From positions 1-64,000 of the forward strand of contig JAVZLQ010000002.1 in assembly GCA_038883655.1 (NCBI GenBank): a stretch of DNA of 64,000 nt, read 5' to 3'. The notes under the pieces are model-generated. The model was not told the DNA's origin, searched no databases, and was given only the letters and a program-made list of their open reading frames with translations. This DNA comes from Candidatus Bathyarchaeia archaeon. GTDB lineage: Archaea; Thermoproteota; Bathyarchaeia; Bathyarchaeales; Bathycorpusculaceae. Within the stretch, counting starts at the first letter, position 1. Each line of letters begins with the position of its first letter. Of the stretch, positions 19,521-31,580 are shown one piece after another. Both the position numbers and the translations under genes were made by a program.

Positions 19521-21602
19521 TCATTTCTGCAGTATTTCCTTTTCATATTTTGGTCTAATTTGCATCACATCTTCAATGTAAGCCCTCAACGGTTCAGCGA
19601 TGCTCCATGCTTGAGCTACGCATCCACGCGGGCTATGCGGCGCATCACCATCGAAAATTTCGCTTATAACGCCAAGCCCTGCGCTATGTACTTGCTCTGT
19701 TAACAATGGTAACAAAAAGCGTAAGGCTTGTTCTCGCCTATATTCCGCGTAGCCCTTAACCTTGAGAAACGCCGTTGTGAATGGACCCAAAAGCCATGGC
19801 CAAACCGTGCCATTATGGTAGGCTTTGTCTCTGCTTCGCCTATCGCCCCTATAAACTCCCACGTATTTAGGGTCGTTTTTTGCGAGTGTTCTTAAGCCGT
19901 ATGGCGTTAAAAGTTCGCGGTGAATGATGTCAACGACTTTTTCGTTTTTCGCCGTGTCAAGCATAGAGTAGTCGAGCGAAACGGCAATTATTTGGTTAGG
20001 CCGGATAGAAGCGTCCTTCACGTTTTCGCTTACAACATCATACAAGTAGCCTTTCTCTGAAGTCCAAAAACTCTCTGCGAAGCTTTTCCTAACTTTTTCC
20101 GCCATGCACGCGTATTTTTCAGCCATGTTTACCTCCTCGTATTTTAGTGCCAAAAGCTCCATGACTTTGAGCGCGTTAAACCATAAAGCTTGAACCTCAA
20201 CAGCCTTTCCACGTCTCGGAGTGACCGCTTGCCCATCAACAACAGCATCCATCCAGGTGAGTTGGGCATCATGTAGAACAAGTCCGTCATGGTCCACGCG
20301 TATGCCATGCGTCTTTCCCCCAATAAGTCCTTCAACCATTGCCTTCAATGTTTCCCACAAATGTTCTTTGACGAATTTGAAGTCTCCAGTGTACTTTAGG
20401 TACTGAAGAACAGCATTCACAAACCACAACGGCGCATCAACAGAGTTGTAGACCGGCTGACCGTGAGCGTCTGAGATGAAGTTTGGGATAAGTCCGTCTT
20501 TGGCGTGTTCCTTAAAGTTTAGGAAAACTTTTCTTGCATCGTCGAATCTGCCCGTTAAAAGCATAAGTCCAGGCATGGAAATGAAAGTGTCTCTTCCCCA
20601 ACACTCGAACCAATGGTAACCAGCTATAACGGATTTGCGTGTGCCATCTGCACTTTGCACTATGAACTTGTCTGTTGCCAGAACAAGCCAGTTCAACCAA
20701 TCACTGGCATTAATAGTTGGATGTTCCTCGTAGAATTTCGAAGCAAAGTCTTCGAGGAGTTTTTCCTCGTGCTTCTGCATTACTTTCAAATCATACGCGG
20801 TTAGAGGCGTTTCCTCCAAAAACCTTCTAACAGATGCGTCATCCTTATCCGCAACAGCAACAACGGCAAAGCTTTCAGCTTCATCCACATCAATAGCCGC
20901 CTCGAAGCACCCACTTTGATAACAGTCTTCTTGGCAACTTTCTCCACGCGCTGCCTCCTCGCGATAATGTACGGCTTCAACCCACCTTCCAGATGCGAAG
21001 TAGCGTCCATCCGAAGTGGCAAGAGCAAGAGCCAATGTGCACCGTGGCGCTTCAAAATACAAAACCGTTTCTTTCTCACTGCATTTTTGGGTTAGGTTCC
21101 ATGAATTTTGCCATCGACTTGTCACCGCGTGTATGTGTCTGCAATTCACAAGTGGGAAGATTCGTACTTTAGCTTCGCTCCCGCTTTTGTTCAAGACGTC
21201 ATAAACTGTCACGGTCACGTTTTTCCCATGAAGCATGAAAATTGTCTTCTGAACCGTGACGCCTTGCATTTCGTAAATGTATTTTGGCATCGGCGAAACA
21301 GAAAATTCTTTTAGGTATAAGTTTCCACGCGGGAAAATTTTATCCCTAAACTCGTTGACAAAAAGCGGATAAACGTTTCCTTTAATGTGCACTTCCTCAT
21401 CCAACTTTGATAGGCACACTGTCCGCTCGCTAGGCGGATTAAGTGCAGCAACCAGCAAGCCGTGATATTTCCTTGTGTTTAAACCTAAAACTGTTGATGA
21501 GGCGTATCCGCCTAAACTGTTTGTTATAATCCACTCTTTCTGCAAAACTTCATCAAACTTTGAGAGTTCTTGACTGTTGAGGCGTATTGAAGGTACAGTC
21601 AT
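19521..21602 (-). CDS. Amylo-alpha-1,6-glucosidase (glycogen debranching enzyme, archaeal type)
   Basis: RKYHGLL, AGYHWF..WGRDTFI, LTWMDA, YHNGTVWPW and AQAWS motifs. Confidence 0.93.
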   Translation of the reverse strand: MTVPSIRLNSQELSKFDEVLQKEWIITNSLGGYASSTVLGLNTRKYHGLLVAALNPPSERTVCLSKLDEEVHIKGNVYPLFVNEFRDKIFPRGNLYLKEFSVSPMPKYIYEMQGVTVQKTIFMLHGKNVTVTVYDVLNKSGSEAKVRIFPLVNCRHIHAVTSRWQNSWNLTQKCSEKETVLYFEAPRCTLALALATSDGRYFASGRWVEAVHYREEAARGESCQEDCYQSGCFEAAIDVDEAESFAVVAVADKDDASVRRFLEETPLTAYDLKVMQKHEEKLLEDFASKFYEEHPTINASDWLNWLVLATDKFIVQSADGTRKSVIAGYHWFECWGRDTFISMPGLMLLTGRFDDARKVFLNFKEHAKDGLIPNFISDAHGQPVYNSVDAPLWFVNAVLQYLKYTGDFKFVKEHLWETLKAMVEGLIGGKTHGIRVDHDGLVLHDAQLTWMDAVVDGQAVTPRRGKAVEVQALWFNALKVMELLALKYEEVNMAEKYACMAEKVRKSFAESFWTSEKGYLYDVVSENVKDASIRPNQIIAVSLDYSMLDTAKNEKVVDIIHRELLTPYGLRTLAKNDPKYVGVYRGDRRSRDKAYHNGTVWPWLLGPFTTAFLKVKGYAEYRREQALRFLLPLLTEQVHSAGLGVISEIFDGDAPHSPRGCVAQAWSIAEPLRAYIEDVMQIRPKYEKEILQK

Positions 21603-21603
21603 C

Positions 21604-23194
<1,591 letters not shown>

Positions 23195-23269
23195 CTAACA
23201 TCCCAGAAGTTAAAAGTAAGCGCTAAAGCCTTATATTATTTAATAGGGAGAAACCCAGAATTACCATTT

Positions 23270-23695
23270 ATGCAAGAAGTTAAAATTCGCCGTGCTGTGG
23301 AAGGAGACGCCAAGAGTATTCAAGAACTCATAGTTGAGTGGTTAAAGTGGGAAATTGAAAGGACAACAGCATTCGTTGATGTTCTGCGCGACGACAACCA
23401 CGTTGTTCTCGTAGCTGAAGTTGATGGACAAATAGCGGGTTTTCTGCACTTACTTTTCTACACCGACATTTTACATGGCGGATTAAACTCCCACGTACTT
23501 CTCCTATTTGTTAAAGCGAAGTATCGAGGGAAACAAATTGGCAGGAAACTTTTGGACGAGGCTGTTAAGCAAGCGATCAGGCGTGGAGCCATTGAAATGC
23601 ATGTTGACACAACATTCGAAGAAGCGGCAAAATTCTACCGAAAATACGGCTTCAAAGACGACGGAGTAATGCTTGAGCTCCAGCTAAAAACCTAG
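23270..23695 (+). CDS. GNAT acetyltransferase
   Basis: YRGKQIG and FYRKYGF motifs; the ORF-track N-terminal extension overlaps tpiA, so start set at MQEVK. Confidence 0.85.
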   Translation: MQEVKIRRAVEGDAKSIQELIVEWLKWEIERTTAFVDVLRDDNHVVLVAEVDGQIAGFLHLLFYTDILHGGLNSHVLLLFVKAKYRGKQIGRKLLDEAVKQAIRRGAIEMHVDTTFEEAAKFYRKYGFKDDGVMLELQLKT

Positions 23696-23793
23696 AGGGG
23701 GTATCTTATTTAACAGTGCGCCAAAACCTAAATTTGACTCCTCGACAACGTAAAATAGGGTTCAATACATAAGTTTATTGGAAAGCATAGCAT

Positions 23794-24930
23794 ATGCAAA
23801 GAACAGGCATTGCAAGGTTACCGCTTCATTATGGAAAAGCACCAAAATGGCTAGTTGTCCGAATGCAAAAGCTAGCCAAAGAAATAGTCACAATAATTGT
23901 TGACGAATATGGCACAGGCGAATTCCTAAAACGTCTATCAGACCCGTTTTGGTTTCAGGCTTTAGGTTGTGTTTTGGGTTATGATTGGCACTCTTCTGGT
24001 GTAACAACAGTCGTCACGGGCGTTTTGAAACAAGCCATAGCCCCAGAAGAGCACGGTATAGCCGTCTGCGGCGGAAAGGGAAGAGTTTCAAGGCAAGCGC
24101 CTTTGGAAATAGCGAAAGTTGGCGAAAAGTTCGGTTTCTCTGCAAACAACGTTGAAAGTTTGCGATACGCAAGTAAAATGAGCGCGAAAGTGGACAATGC
24201 TGCCATCCAGGCTGGCTATCAGCTTTATCACCACGCCTTCTTTGTTGCTGAAGATGGCAAGTGGGCTGTAATACAGCAAGGCATGTGTCCTCAAGATCGA
24301 ACGGCAAGACGCTATCACTGGCTTTCAGAAAACGTCAAAAACTTCGTAAATGAGCCTCACAGCGCCATCGTAGGCGACGTTAAGCGCGAAGTCGCATTAG
24401 ACATGACAGCCAAAGAAAGCGAAGGCTGCAGAAAAGCCTCTGTTGACATAGCCAAGGAAAAGCCGAAAAGAATTATGCGCTTAATAATGTCGATTAGGCC
24501 AGCATACCAAAAATCGCTCCAAGAGTGGCTTCCAAAAACAGCTGAAACCACTTGGCGCGAATACCCGATAGACGTTTTGTCCATGCCAGCTAACATAAAC
24601 TGGAAGGCGCTACAAGAAGCTTATGAATTTCAACCACAAAATTATGAAGAACTCTTGGCGTTTAAAGGCGTTGGACCAGCCACGATTAGGGGATTGGCAT
24701 TGATTGCGGAGCTTATTTACGGAGAAAAGCCAAGCTGGAAAGACCCAGTAAAATACTCATTCGCCTATGGCGGAAAAAACGGCGTTCCATATCCCGTGAA
24801 CCGCAAGGCAATGGACGAATCAATTCAAATATTGAAACGTGCAATAGAAGAAGCAAAAATAGGCGATAAAGATAAACTTCAGTCTCTGCAAAGGCTACGC
24901 CGATATGTCCCACGAAACCATAAAGTATAG
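23794..24930 (+). CDS. DUF763-family protein
   Basis: LPLHYG, DPFWFQ, DWHSSG.TT, VIQQGM and KYSFAYGGK motifs. Confidence 0.9.
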   Translation: MQRTGIARLPLHYGKAPKWLVVRMQKLAKEIVTIIVDEYGTGEFLKRLSDPFWFQALGCVLGYDWHSSGVTTVVTGVLKQAIAPEEHGIAVCGGKGRVSRQAPLEIAKVGEKFGFSANNVESLRYASKMSAKVDNAAIQAGYQLYHHAFFVAEDGKWAVIQQGMCPQDRTARRYHWLSENVKNFVNEPHSAIVGDVKREVALDMTAKESEGCRKASVDIAKEKPKRIMRLIMSIRPAYQKSLQEWLPKTAETTWREYPIDVLSMPANINWKALQEAYEFQPQNYEELLAFKGVGPATIRGLALIAELIYGEKPSWKDPVKYSFAYGGKNGVPYPVNRKAMDESIQILKRAIEEAKIGDKDKLQSLQRLRRYVPRNHKV

Positions 24931-24944
24931 AGGAGAATTGAGAA

Positions 24945-25724
24945 ATGCAAGTAGTACCACTTGAACAGTCTCTTGAAAACTTGTTTTGGCAATTCATAAG
25001 CAAGGATATTCCGCACCATTTCTTTTTCGCGTTTGACTGGAAATACAACAGAGGCGATACGGAAATTCTGTTAGCCCTTAAAGATGGCAAAATCGAGGGG
25101 ATGATGCTCGTTTATAGACAAAGCATAGTCCAGTTTAGGGGAAGCAGCGAAGCTGTAAGGATACTTCTTGAAAGGTTGAATTTAGAAAAAGTTGAACTGC
25201 AAGCCTTGGAAGAGCACAAACCCTACATTCTTAAAAAATACGCGCCGACGGTAACTCACAGAATGATGCTCATGATCGTGCACAGGGGAGAGGAAAAAGC
25301 GCAAGTAACATGCTCGGTTGTCAGCTTAAACGAGTCAGACGCCGAACAAATAGCGGCAATAATGAGGGAATCTGACCCTGAATTCTGGGGGACAGCAACT
25401 GGTCAAGGGATTGTTGATGGCATGAACCGCGGTGTGAAATGGCTTGGAGTAAAAATTAATGGAAAAGCTGTTTCAGTGGGTAGCATGCGAATAACCGAGT
25501 GGGGAGGCCTCATCGGGACGGTTGCCACCCACAAGGACTATAGAAATAAGGGTTATGCAACATCCATAGTTTCAGAGCTTGTTAAACGAATGCTGAAAGA
25601 AGCGCCATGGGTTATAATCTATGTTTTAGCTGACAATCAACCAGCAATACGAGCCTACGAGAAAGCGGGGTTCAAACATTACAAAACATACTTTTTCATG
25701 CGTGGCGAAAAGCGCAAAGTTTAA
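24945..25724 (+). CDS. GNAT acetyltransferase (FR47-like C-terminal domain)
   Basis: VATHKDYRNKGYA and AIRAYEKAGF motifs. Confidence 0.85.
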   Translation: MQVVPLEQSLENLFWQFISKDIPHHFFFAFDWKYNRGDTEILLALKDGKIEGMMLVYRQSIVQFRGSSEAVRILLERLNLEKVELQALEEHKPYILKKYAPTVTHRMMLMIVHRGEEKAQVTCSVVSLNESDAEQIAAIMRESDPEFWGTATGQGIVDGMNRGVKWLGVKINGKAVSVGSMRITEWGGLIGTVATHKDYRNKGYATSIVSELVKRMLKEAPWVIIYVLADNQPAIRAYEKAGFKHYKTYFFMRGEKRKV

Positions 25725-25780
25725 CGAACAACATAAATAGTTAAAAGATGCGTTATGAGGAAGTAAATGGAGAACAAGGC

Positions 25781-26380
25781 ATGAACAAAAGTGAAGATTT
25801 CTGGTTCAAGGTTGCTGCAGTCTGTGGCATACTAACTCCTATAATCGCTTTTACATGCATATCCGCGGCAATAGCGCTATACCCACCGTTTAGTTGGGTA
25901 GACAATGCCCTAAGCGATTTAGGCGTCGTTGAAGGCGCAGTGTCAATGATATTCAATGGTGGCTTAATGGTCAGCGGAATCCTCGCTCTAGCATTCGCGA
26001 TCGGGGTGCAAAACTATCTAAATAATAGCATAATAGGAAAGATTGGAGCCTTCCTTTTTGCGCTTGACGCCATAGCCCTAATCGCGATAGGTGCATTTCC
26101 AGAAAACACAGCACCACACTTCCCAGCATCAGTAGCCTTCTTCATGCTTTTCCCAGTAGCCATGCTTTTCATAGGAGCTGTCCTAACAAAAAAGAGCGAA
26201 AAGACCATGGCAGTATTCTCGTTTCTCGCTGCAATCTTCTCAATCGCCATTTGGATTTTTCAATATAATGTTGGATTTGGAAAGGGTGTTGCTATACCAG
26301 AAACTCTAACTGCAATTGCTGTTTCCGCATGGGCGTTAATCCTGGGCTTCAAAATGCTTAAACAACAAAAACCACAATAG
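25781..26380 (+). CDS. DUF998-family membrane protein
   Basis: FSW..NALSDLG and IGAFPE motifs; ~6 TM segments. Confidence 0.8.
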   Translation: MNKSEDFWFKVAAVCGILTPIIAFTCISAAIALYPPFSWVDNALSDLGVVEGAVSMIFNGGLMVSGILALAFAIGVQNYLNNSIIGKIGAFLFALDAIALIAIGAFPENTAPHFPASVAFFMLFPVAMLFIGAVLTKKSEKTMAVFSFLAAIFSIAIWIFQYNVGFGKGVAIPETLTAIAVSAWALILGFKMLKQQKPQ

Positions 26381-26393
26381 TGAAACGAGAATA

Positions 26394-26846
26394 ATGGCAA
26401 AAAATAACAGCGGTAAAGAAAAGGCGGAAAAAAGCTCAAGCATTGAAGAAATTAGCAGGAAGCTTGATTTGATAATAAAGAGGCTTGAAACCCTAGAGGC
26501 GCTCGTGGTAAATAATCCAGAATACGAACAGCTTGCCCATTATCTGCGATTGACACGCTTGGGTGTGGGTTTTTACGGCGAACCGCTGAAAGTCGCAGCC
26601 CGCCTAAAAACAGCCGAGAAGCATCTTAAAAAATTGTGGATCGTCCAAGATGATATATCACGGTGCATTATTCAAGCGCTAGCCCTTTATGGGAACCTGA
26701 ACGTTTCGGCGATTACGCGTCAAGTAAGGAAAATGCGTGGAAAAGCCTCCAGAAGAATTGTTAGAGAGAGACTTAAACGCTTAGAAAGTGAGGGCGTCGT
26801 CAGAAACGTGAAGGGTTACGGAAATGTCTATGAGCTTGCTGACTGA
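26394..26846 (+). CDS. Coiled-coil plus C-terminal winged-helix putative regulator
   Basis: C-terminal IIQAL...NVSAITR...[18 protein letters not shown] wHTH pattern. Confidence 0.7.
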   Translation: MAKNNSGKEKAEKSSSIEEISRKLDLIIKRLETLEALVVNNPEYEQLAHYLRLTRLGVGFYGEPLKVAARLKTAEKHLKKLWIVQDDISRCIIQALALYGNLNVSAITRQVRKMRGKASRRIVRERLKRLESEGVVRNVKGYGNVYELAD

Positions 26847-26912
26847 CCAGACGCTTGACCACTTTTTTCCAGAATAAATAACTGTGTTAGTCAAACCATT
26901 AATCTCAAAGAG

Positions 26913-27371
26913 GTGAGACAAATGAACGAGAAAGAAAAGGAGGATGTTGAAGAGTTAAAGGAAGTCTTAAGCGTCGTTTCAAAAGAAGTTCCAAACCTGA
27001 TAAAGTCTATAATTTCAAGCGTCTTCTCAGAGGACGCGGGAAGGGAAATGGGTAGAGCTGCCGCGGCATTCTATAAAGAACTGAAGGACGCGGGCTTGCC
27101 AGAGGAAATTGCTGTGCGGATGACTGAGAACTATGTTTCTGTTTTCACAAACTTAGGAAACGTGATGAAGATGGCTGTAAGTGGCAAAGGAAAAGTTGAG
27201 GGAGCAAAAATTGGCAAAGAGGTAAGCGAGGAAATTTCAAGGAAAGTTAGGGAGAAGCTTGCTGAAAAACTCAGCAAAGAAGTAAGCGAAGAAGTCTCTA
27301 AGGAAATTGAGAAGGAACTAGCCAAACGCCGCAGAGAGGAACGCGAGGAAGAGGAAGAAGACGAAGATTAA
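26913..27371 (+). CDS. Hypothetical helical protein with acidic tail
   Basis: 152 aa ORF with internal KEVSEE repeat and EEEEDED tail. Confidence 0.7.
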   Translation: MRQMNEKEKEDVEELKEVLSVVSKEVPNLIKSIISSVFSEDAGREMGRAAAAFYKELKDAGLPEEIAVRMTENYVSVFTNLGNVMKMAVSGKGKVEGAKIGKEVSEEISRKVREKLAEKLSKEVSEEVSKEIEKELAKRRREEREEEEEDED

Positions 27372-27388
27372 CATACAAGCGTGGTTCC

Positions 27389-27631
27389 ATGAGAATCAGA
27401 AGCATAATCAGCATAATACTCTCCATATCCTACATTCTGTTTAACCTCCTAATCTTGCGGGCTACGCTGGGCTGGTTTGTTCGCAAAACAAGAAAAGCCT
27501 TTGAAAAACAATTAATCCACCAAGGAATGGCGAAAAAAGACGCGAAGAGAATAAGCGCCCAATACTCAAAACTAAAAAATGATTTAATGAATACGCTAAA
27601 ACTTTCGATAAGGACGAAATCTAAACCCTAA
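27389..27631 (+). CDS. Small single-TM basic hypothetical protein
   Basis: 80 aa ORF with an N-terminal hydrophobic helix, in operon position. Confidence 0.6.
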   Translation: MRIRSIISIILSISYILFNLLILRATLGWFVRKTRKAFEKQLIHQGMAKKDAKRISAQYSKLKNDLMNTLKLSIRTKSKP

Positions 27632-28613
27632 GTGCATCCACGTATACATGAGCGCAGCAGAAAGACGAGAAGCTTAATTTATACCCCTCTTTTTCGGCGA
27701 ACTTTATGGCTTCCTCTGCTGGAAAGGCTATGGCGTCAACACCAGCCTTTATGGCTAGAATATCTGTTTCTGTGCGGTGTTTGCCCTTTGGTCGCATACA
27801 ACCAAGAACTAAAGGAACGTTTTGAAACATCAGCCTAGCTGTGGCTAAAACTCGTGCAATGTCCATGGGTTTTGGAGGCTCCACGTTTGCCATTTCTGTT
27901 CCATGTATGGGCATAAAGGCAATTATCACGAGAGCTGAAGGCTTATACTTCGAAATCATCTTGAGTGCTTGAAGTTCGCCCTTCAACATTCCATAATGAA
28001 GCCCTACAATCACGTGTGGAACAAAGGGGATTCCAGCATCATTCAAAGCCTTTAATGAACCATCATAATCGCTGACCGTCACTTTCAAATTATACACTTC
28101 TCTAATCGTCTCGTTGGAACCAATGACATCAATCAGTGCAGCATCCACGCCCGCTAGTCTAAGCCTTTCAGCAGTATAAGCGTCAATTATGCCTGTGTGG
28201 ACAAAAACCACTAAGCCTAATTCGCGCTTAACACGTTCAATTGCATCCAAGAATTTTCTAAGAGGAACAGAACCGTCTGGCAGGCAGCCACCACTTATCA
28301 AGCATCCAGAAGCTGCATTCTCTTTAAGTTTTGCACACAGTTTAAGCAGTTCTTCTGGTGTTTTGGCTGGGTACATTGTTTCTAAAATTTTTCCGCCGCA
28401 ATGCTTGCATTTTAAGGCGCATTCACCTCCAGTTACGGATATTGTTGGAAAATCCCTTGGTGAGGAACAGTAATAGCTTGTTTTGTAATACATGAAGCTT
28501 GGCGCATAAAACCTTACTCTTTTGGGTTTAGCCGCTAACACACCCGAATCCAAAATTGCAAACAATTCTTTTTCGTTAATTTGCCACACGTTTTCTAGTG
28601 AAATTTCTGGCAT
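27621..28613 (-). CDS. lipS1: Radical SAM lipoyl synthase subunit LipS1
   Basis: CALKCKHC plus GCMR and terminal CC motifs described for Thermococcus-type LipS1. Confidence 0.82.
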   Translation of the reverse strand: MPEISLENVWQINEKELFAILDSGVLAAKPKRVRFYAPSFMYYKTSYYCSSPRDFPTISVTGGECALKCKHCGGKILETMYPAKTPEELLKLCAKLKENAASGCLISGGCLPDGSVPLRKFLDAIERVKRELGLVVFVHTGIIDAYTAERLRLAGVDAALIDVIGSNETIREVYNLKVTVSDYDGSLKALNDAGIPFVPHVIVGLHYGMLKGELQALKMISKYKPSALVIIAFMPIHGTEMANVEPPKPMDIARVLATARLMFQNVPLVLGCMRPKGKHRTETDILAIKAGVDAIAFPAEEAIKFAEKEGYKLSFSSFCCAHVYVDALRV

Positions 28614-28679
28614 ATGCTTCTCTTTTAATGAAAACCTCTAAGGGCTGTTATAGTTTTCGCCCTTCTACGACGCGTTGCT

Positions 28680-29003
28680 TCACTCGCGCTCAACGTTTTT
28701 TGAAATTTTCGGAATAACCTCGAAAGCTTCATCCAAGACTTTAACCTTGTTCAACACTTTTTCAAGATACTTCTGGAAGTTCAGCGCCTTAAAGACTGCA
28801 ATGCCGCGTTCCGTGATTGCATACAATGTTTTTCTTCCAGAACTTCTCTTTTCAACAAGCCCATACTTAATCAGCGATTCCAACCGATGTTTAAGCACTG
28901 AACAGTCCATGTTCGCCTCGTACGCCAGCCTATCCACGCTTAGAGGTTTGTTTATAAGAGCGCCTAGAATCTCCTCGTAACATTCAAGCTTTGACCTGCG
29001 CAT
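28680..29003 (-). CDS. Winged-helix transcriptional regulator (archaeal ArnR/HTH_45-like)
   Basis: MRRSKLE..EIL...LAYEAN...YAITERG pattern; start set at ATG 29003. Confidence 0.8.
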   Translation of the reverse strand: MRRSKLECYEEILGALINKPLSVDRLAYEANMDCSVLKHRLESLIKYGLVEKRSSGRKTLYAITERGIAVFKALNFQKYLEKVLNKVKVLDEAFEVIPKISKNVERE

Positions 29004-29146
29004 TTCAAACGCCTGACCTACCGTTTCGTTGGATATGGATAAAGCATTTGTGAATTCAGAATCTTTAGTTAACAGAAACAATTGAATGCAACAAATATTA
29101 ACACAAACCATAGATTAGATTAACCCAACGCAAGGATTCATAAGAA

Positions 29147-30166
29147 ATGACTGTCGCAAACGCAAGGATTCCCCAAAAAATTCGCGCTTCAATAGGCTCC
29201 GCCATTGTTCTCCAACTCCTAGATGGCAAGCTTGACGCTGCACCAACTACTGCTTACCTAATGACCTACCAAGAAGGCAAATGTAATGCGAACTGCGCTT
29301 TCTGCCCACAAGCACGCGAAAGTAGCAGCAGAGCAGACATGCTCTCAAGAGTTTCATGGCCAACTTTTCCTACAAAAAACGTCCTGAAAGGAATTTCTGA
29401 TGCTGTTGCAAACGGGAAAATAAGACGAGTCTGTATCCAAGCACTAAACTATCCAGAAGTTTTTAGAGATTTAACAGCCATAATAAAAGCAGTTAAGCAG
29501 AAAGCTAATGTTCCAATCTCAGTTTCATGCCAACCTTTAAACGCCAAAAACGTGCAGCTGCTGGCCGAAGCTGGAGCTGAAAGAGTAGGAATACCATTAG
29601 ACGCCGCCACAAAGGAGATATTTGACGCTGTTAAGGGAGCAGCGGTTGGAGGACTATACAAATGGGAAAGTCAGTGGCGAATTTTGGGCGAGGCTGTCAA
29701 AATTTTTGGAAAAGGCATGGTCAGCACACATCTTATTGTTGGTTTAGGAGAAACGGAAAAAGATATGGTTTTAACAATCCAAGCGTGTGTTGACATGGGT
29801 GTGCTCCCAGCACTTTTTGCCTTTACACCGATCGCTGGGACAAAGCTTGAAAGCATATATCAACCAACAATTGAGAAGTATAGGCGAATCCAAGTTGCAA
29901 GACACTTGATTGTGCATGGAATTTCAAGACACGAGAGTATGAGTTTTAATAACAAGGGCGAGATAATTGATTTCGGAATAGAAAAGGATATGTTAGTCAA
30001 AATTGTTGAAACTGCCAAACCCTTTCTCACCTCTGGATGTCCAAACTGTAACAGGCCGTACTATAACGAAAAACCAGGTGGACCAATATATAACTATCCA
30101 AGAGAGCCAACAGAAAATGAAATTGCACTTTTAAAAATGAAGTTAAAACTGAACTGTGGCAAGTGA
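29147..30166 (+). CDS. lipS2: Radical SAM lipoyl synthase subunit LipS2
   Basis: CNANCAFC plus TSGCPNCNRP (TxGCPxCNRP) LipS2 motif. Confidence 0.85.
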   Translation: MTVANARIPQKIRASIGSAIVLQLLDGKLDAAPTTAYLMTYQEGKCNANCAFCPQARESSSRADMLSRVSWPTFPTKNVLKGISDAVANGKIRRVCIQALNYPEVFRDLTAIIKAVKQKANVPISVSCQPLNAKNVQLLAEAGAERVGIPLDAATKEIFDAVKGAAVGGLYKWESQWRILGEAVKIFGKGMVSTHLIVGLGETEKDMVLTIQACVDMGVLPALFAFTPIAGTKLESIYQPTIEKYRRIQVARHLIVHGISRHESMSFNNKGEIIDFGIEKDMLVKIVETAKPFLTSGCPNCNRPYYNEKPGGPIYNYPREPTENEIALLKMKLKLNCGK

Positions 30167-30228
30167 ATTAAACGATTTTAAAAGAGCAAAATTTTAATTG
30201 CGCTAGCTTCTATGAGAGGAGAATCACG

Positions 30229-31572
30229 GTGGAGAAATTGAGAGGCGCAAAAAGCTGGATTTTTCAGCCAGAATTCGAAAATATGAGCAGAAACAAGCTG
30301 TTGAGACTGCAAGAAGAGCGTCTCAGAAAAATTGTAAAATACTGTTATGAGCGTGTGCCGGCGTACAAGAAGAAGTTTAAAGAAGTGGGGATAACTCCCG
30401 AAGACATTAAAACGCTGGATGACTTGGAGAAAATACCGTTCACAGAGAAGGATGACCTTCGCAAAGCGTATCCCTACGGGATGTTGGCAGTAAACATAAG
30501 CGAAATCCTCGAGTTGCACGCAAGCTCTGGAACAACTGGACACCCAACAACATGCGCCTACACAAAAAACGACTTGGACGTGTGGGCAAAAGTTATGGCT
30601 AGAATATACGCCTCAGCTGGAACAACAAAGGGCGACATAGTTCAGAACGCCTACAGTTACGGCTTATTTACGGGAGGATTAGGCTTCCATTATGGTGCAC
30701 TAGAAATAGGCGCAACAGTTCTTCCAATAGCCACAGGCGAAACCGAGAGGCAAATAGCCCTCGCAAAAGAGTATGGAACAACAATTCTCGCGTGCACGCC
30801 AAGCTACGCAGCCTACATAGGAAGATATGCCGTGGAAAAAATGGGAATAAACCCATCAAAAGAGCTTAAGTGGAAAAGCGGCTTGTTCGGGGCTGAAGCA
30901 TGGTCTGAGGAGTTAAGGAAAAGGATTGAGGAACTTTTAGGCTTAGAGGCTTTCGACATTTATGGGCTGTCAGAGGTGATTGGGCCAGGAGTGTCTGTTG
31001 AATGTGCACAACATGATGGACTTCACATACAGGAAGACCACTTCTTGCCAGAAATAATTGACCCAAAAACTGGCGAAACCCTAGATGAAGGCGAGACAGG
31101 TGAGCTAGTACTAACAACATTAACCAGAGAAGCTACACCAGTCCTTAGATTTAGAACGGGAGACATAACATTCCTCAAAACCGAAGAGTGCTCATGCGGC
31201 AGAACCCTCGTGAGAATGGGAAGAGTGCATGGAAGAGCAGACGACATGATAAAGGTTAGGGGCGTAAAATTCTGGCCAAAAACTGTTGAGCACGCCCTTT
31301 TGCACGTGAAAGGCGTCTCAGAAAACTATGAAATAATAATCGAGAGGCCAGAGGAGCTTGATGTTATGACTCTGCGTGTAGAGCCAAGTCAAGAACTGTT
31401 CGAAAGCGTAAACGGAGACTTGACAAAGCTCCAGAACCTAACTAAAGAGATAGAGGAACACGTAAAATCAATAGTTGGCGTGAAGACAAATGTGGAATTG
31501 GTTCCGTATGGTTCGTTGCCGAGGTTTATGGGGAAAGCCAGAAGAGTTAAAGACTTAAGAAAAAATGTTTGA
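30229..31572 (+). CDS. paaK: Phenylacetate--CoA ligase family
   Basis: SSGTTG, YGLFTGGLG, DIYGLSE, RFRTGD and GRADDM motifs. Confidence 0.9.
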   Translation: MEKLRGAKSWIFQPEFENMSRNKLLRLQEERLRKIVKYCYERVPAYKKKFKEVGITPEDIKTLDDLEKIPFTEKDDLRKAYPYGMLAVNISEILELHASSGTTGHPTTCAYTKNDLDVWAKVMARIYASAGTTKGDIVQNAYSYGLFTGGLGFHYGALEIGATVLPIATGETERQIALAKEYGTTILACTPSYAAYIGRYAVEKMGINPSKELKWKSGLFGAEAWSEELRKRIEELLGLEAFDIYGLSEVIGPGVSVECAQHDGLHIQEDHFLPEIIDPKTGETLDEGETGELVLTTLTREATPVLRFRTGDITFLKTEECSCGRTLVRMGRVHGRADDMIKVRGVKFWPKTVEHALLHVKGVSENYEIIIERPEELDVMTLRVEPSQELFESVNGDLTKLQNLTKEIEEHVKSIVGVKTNVELVPYGSLPRFMGKARRVKDLRKNV

Positions 31573-31580
31573 TGTGCCAA

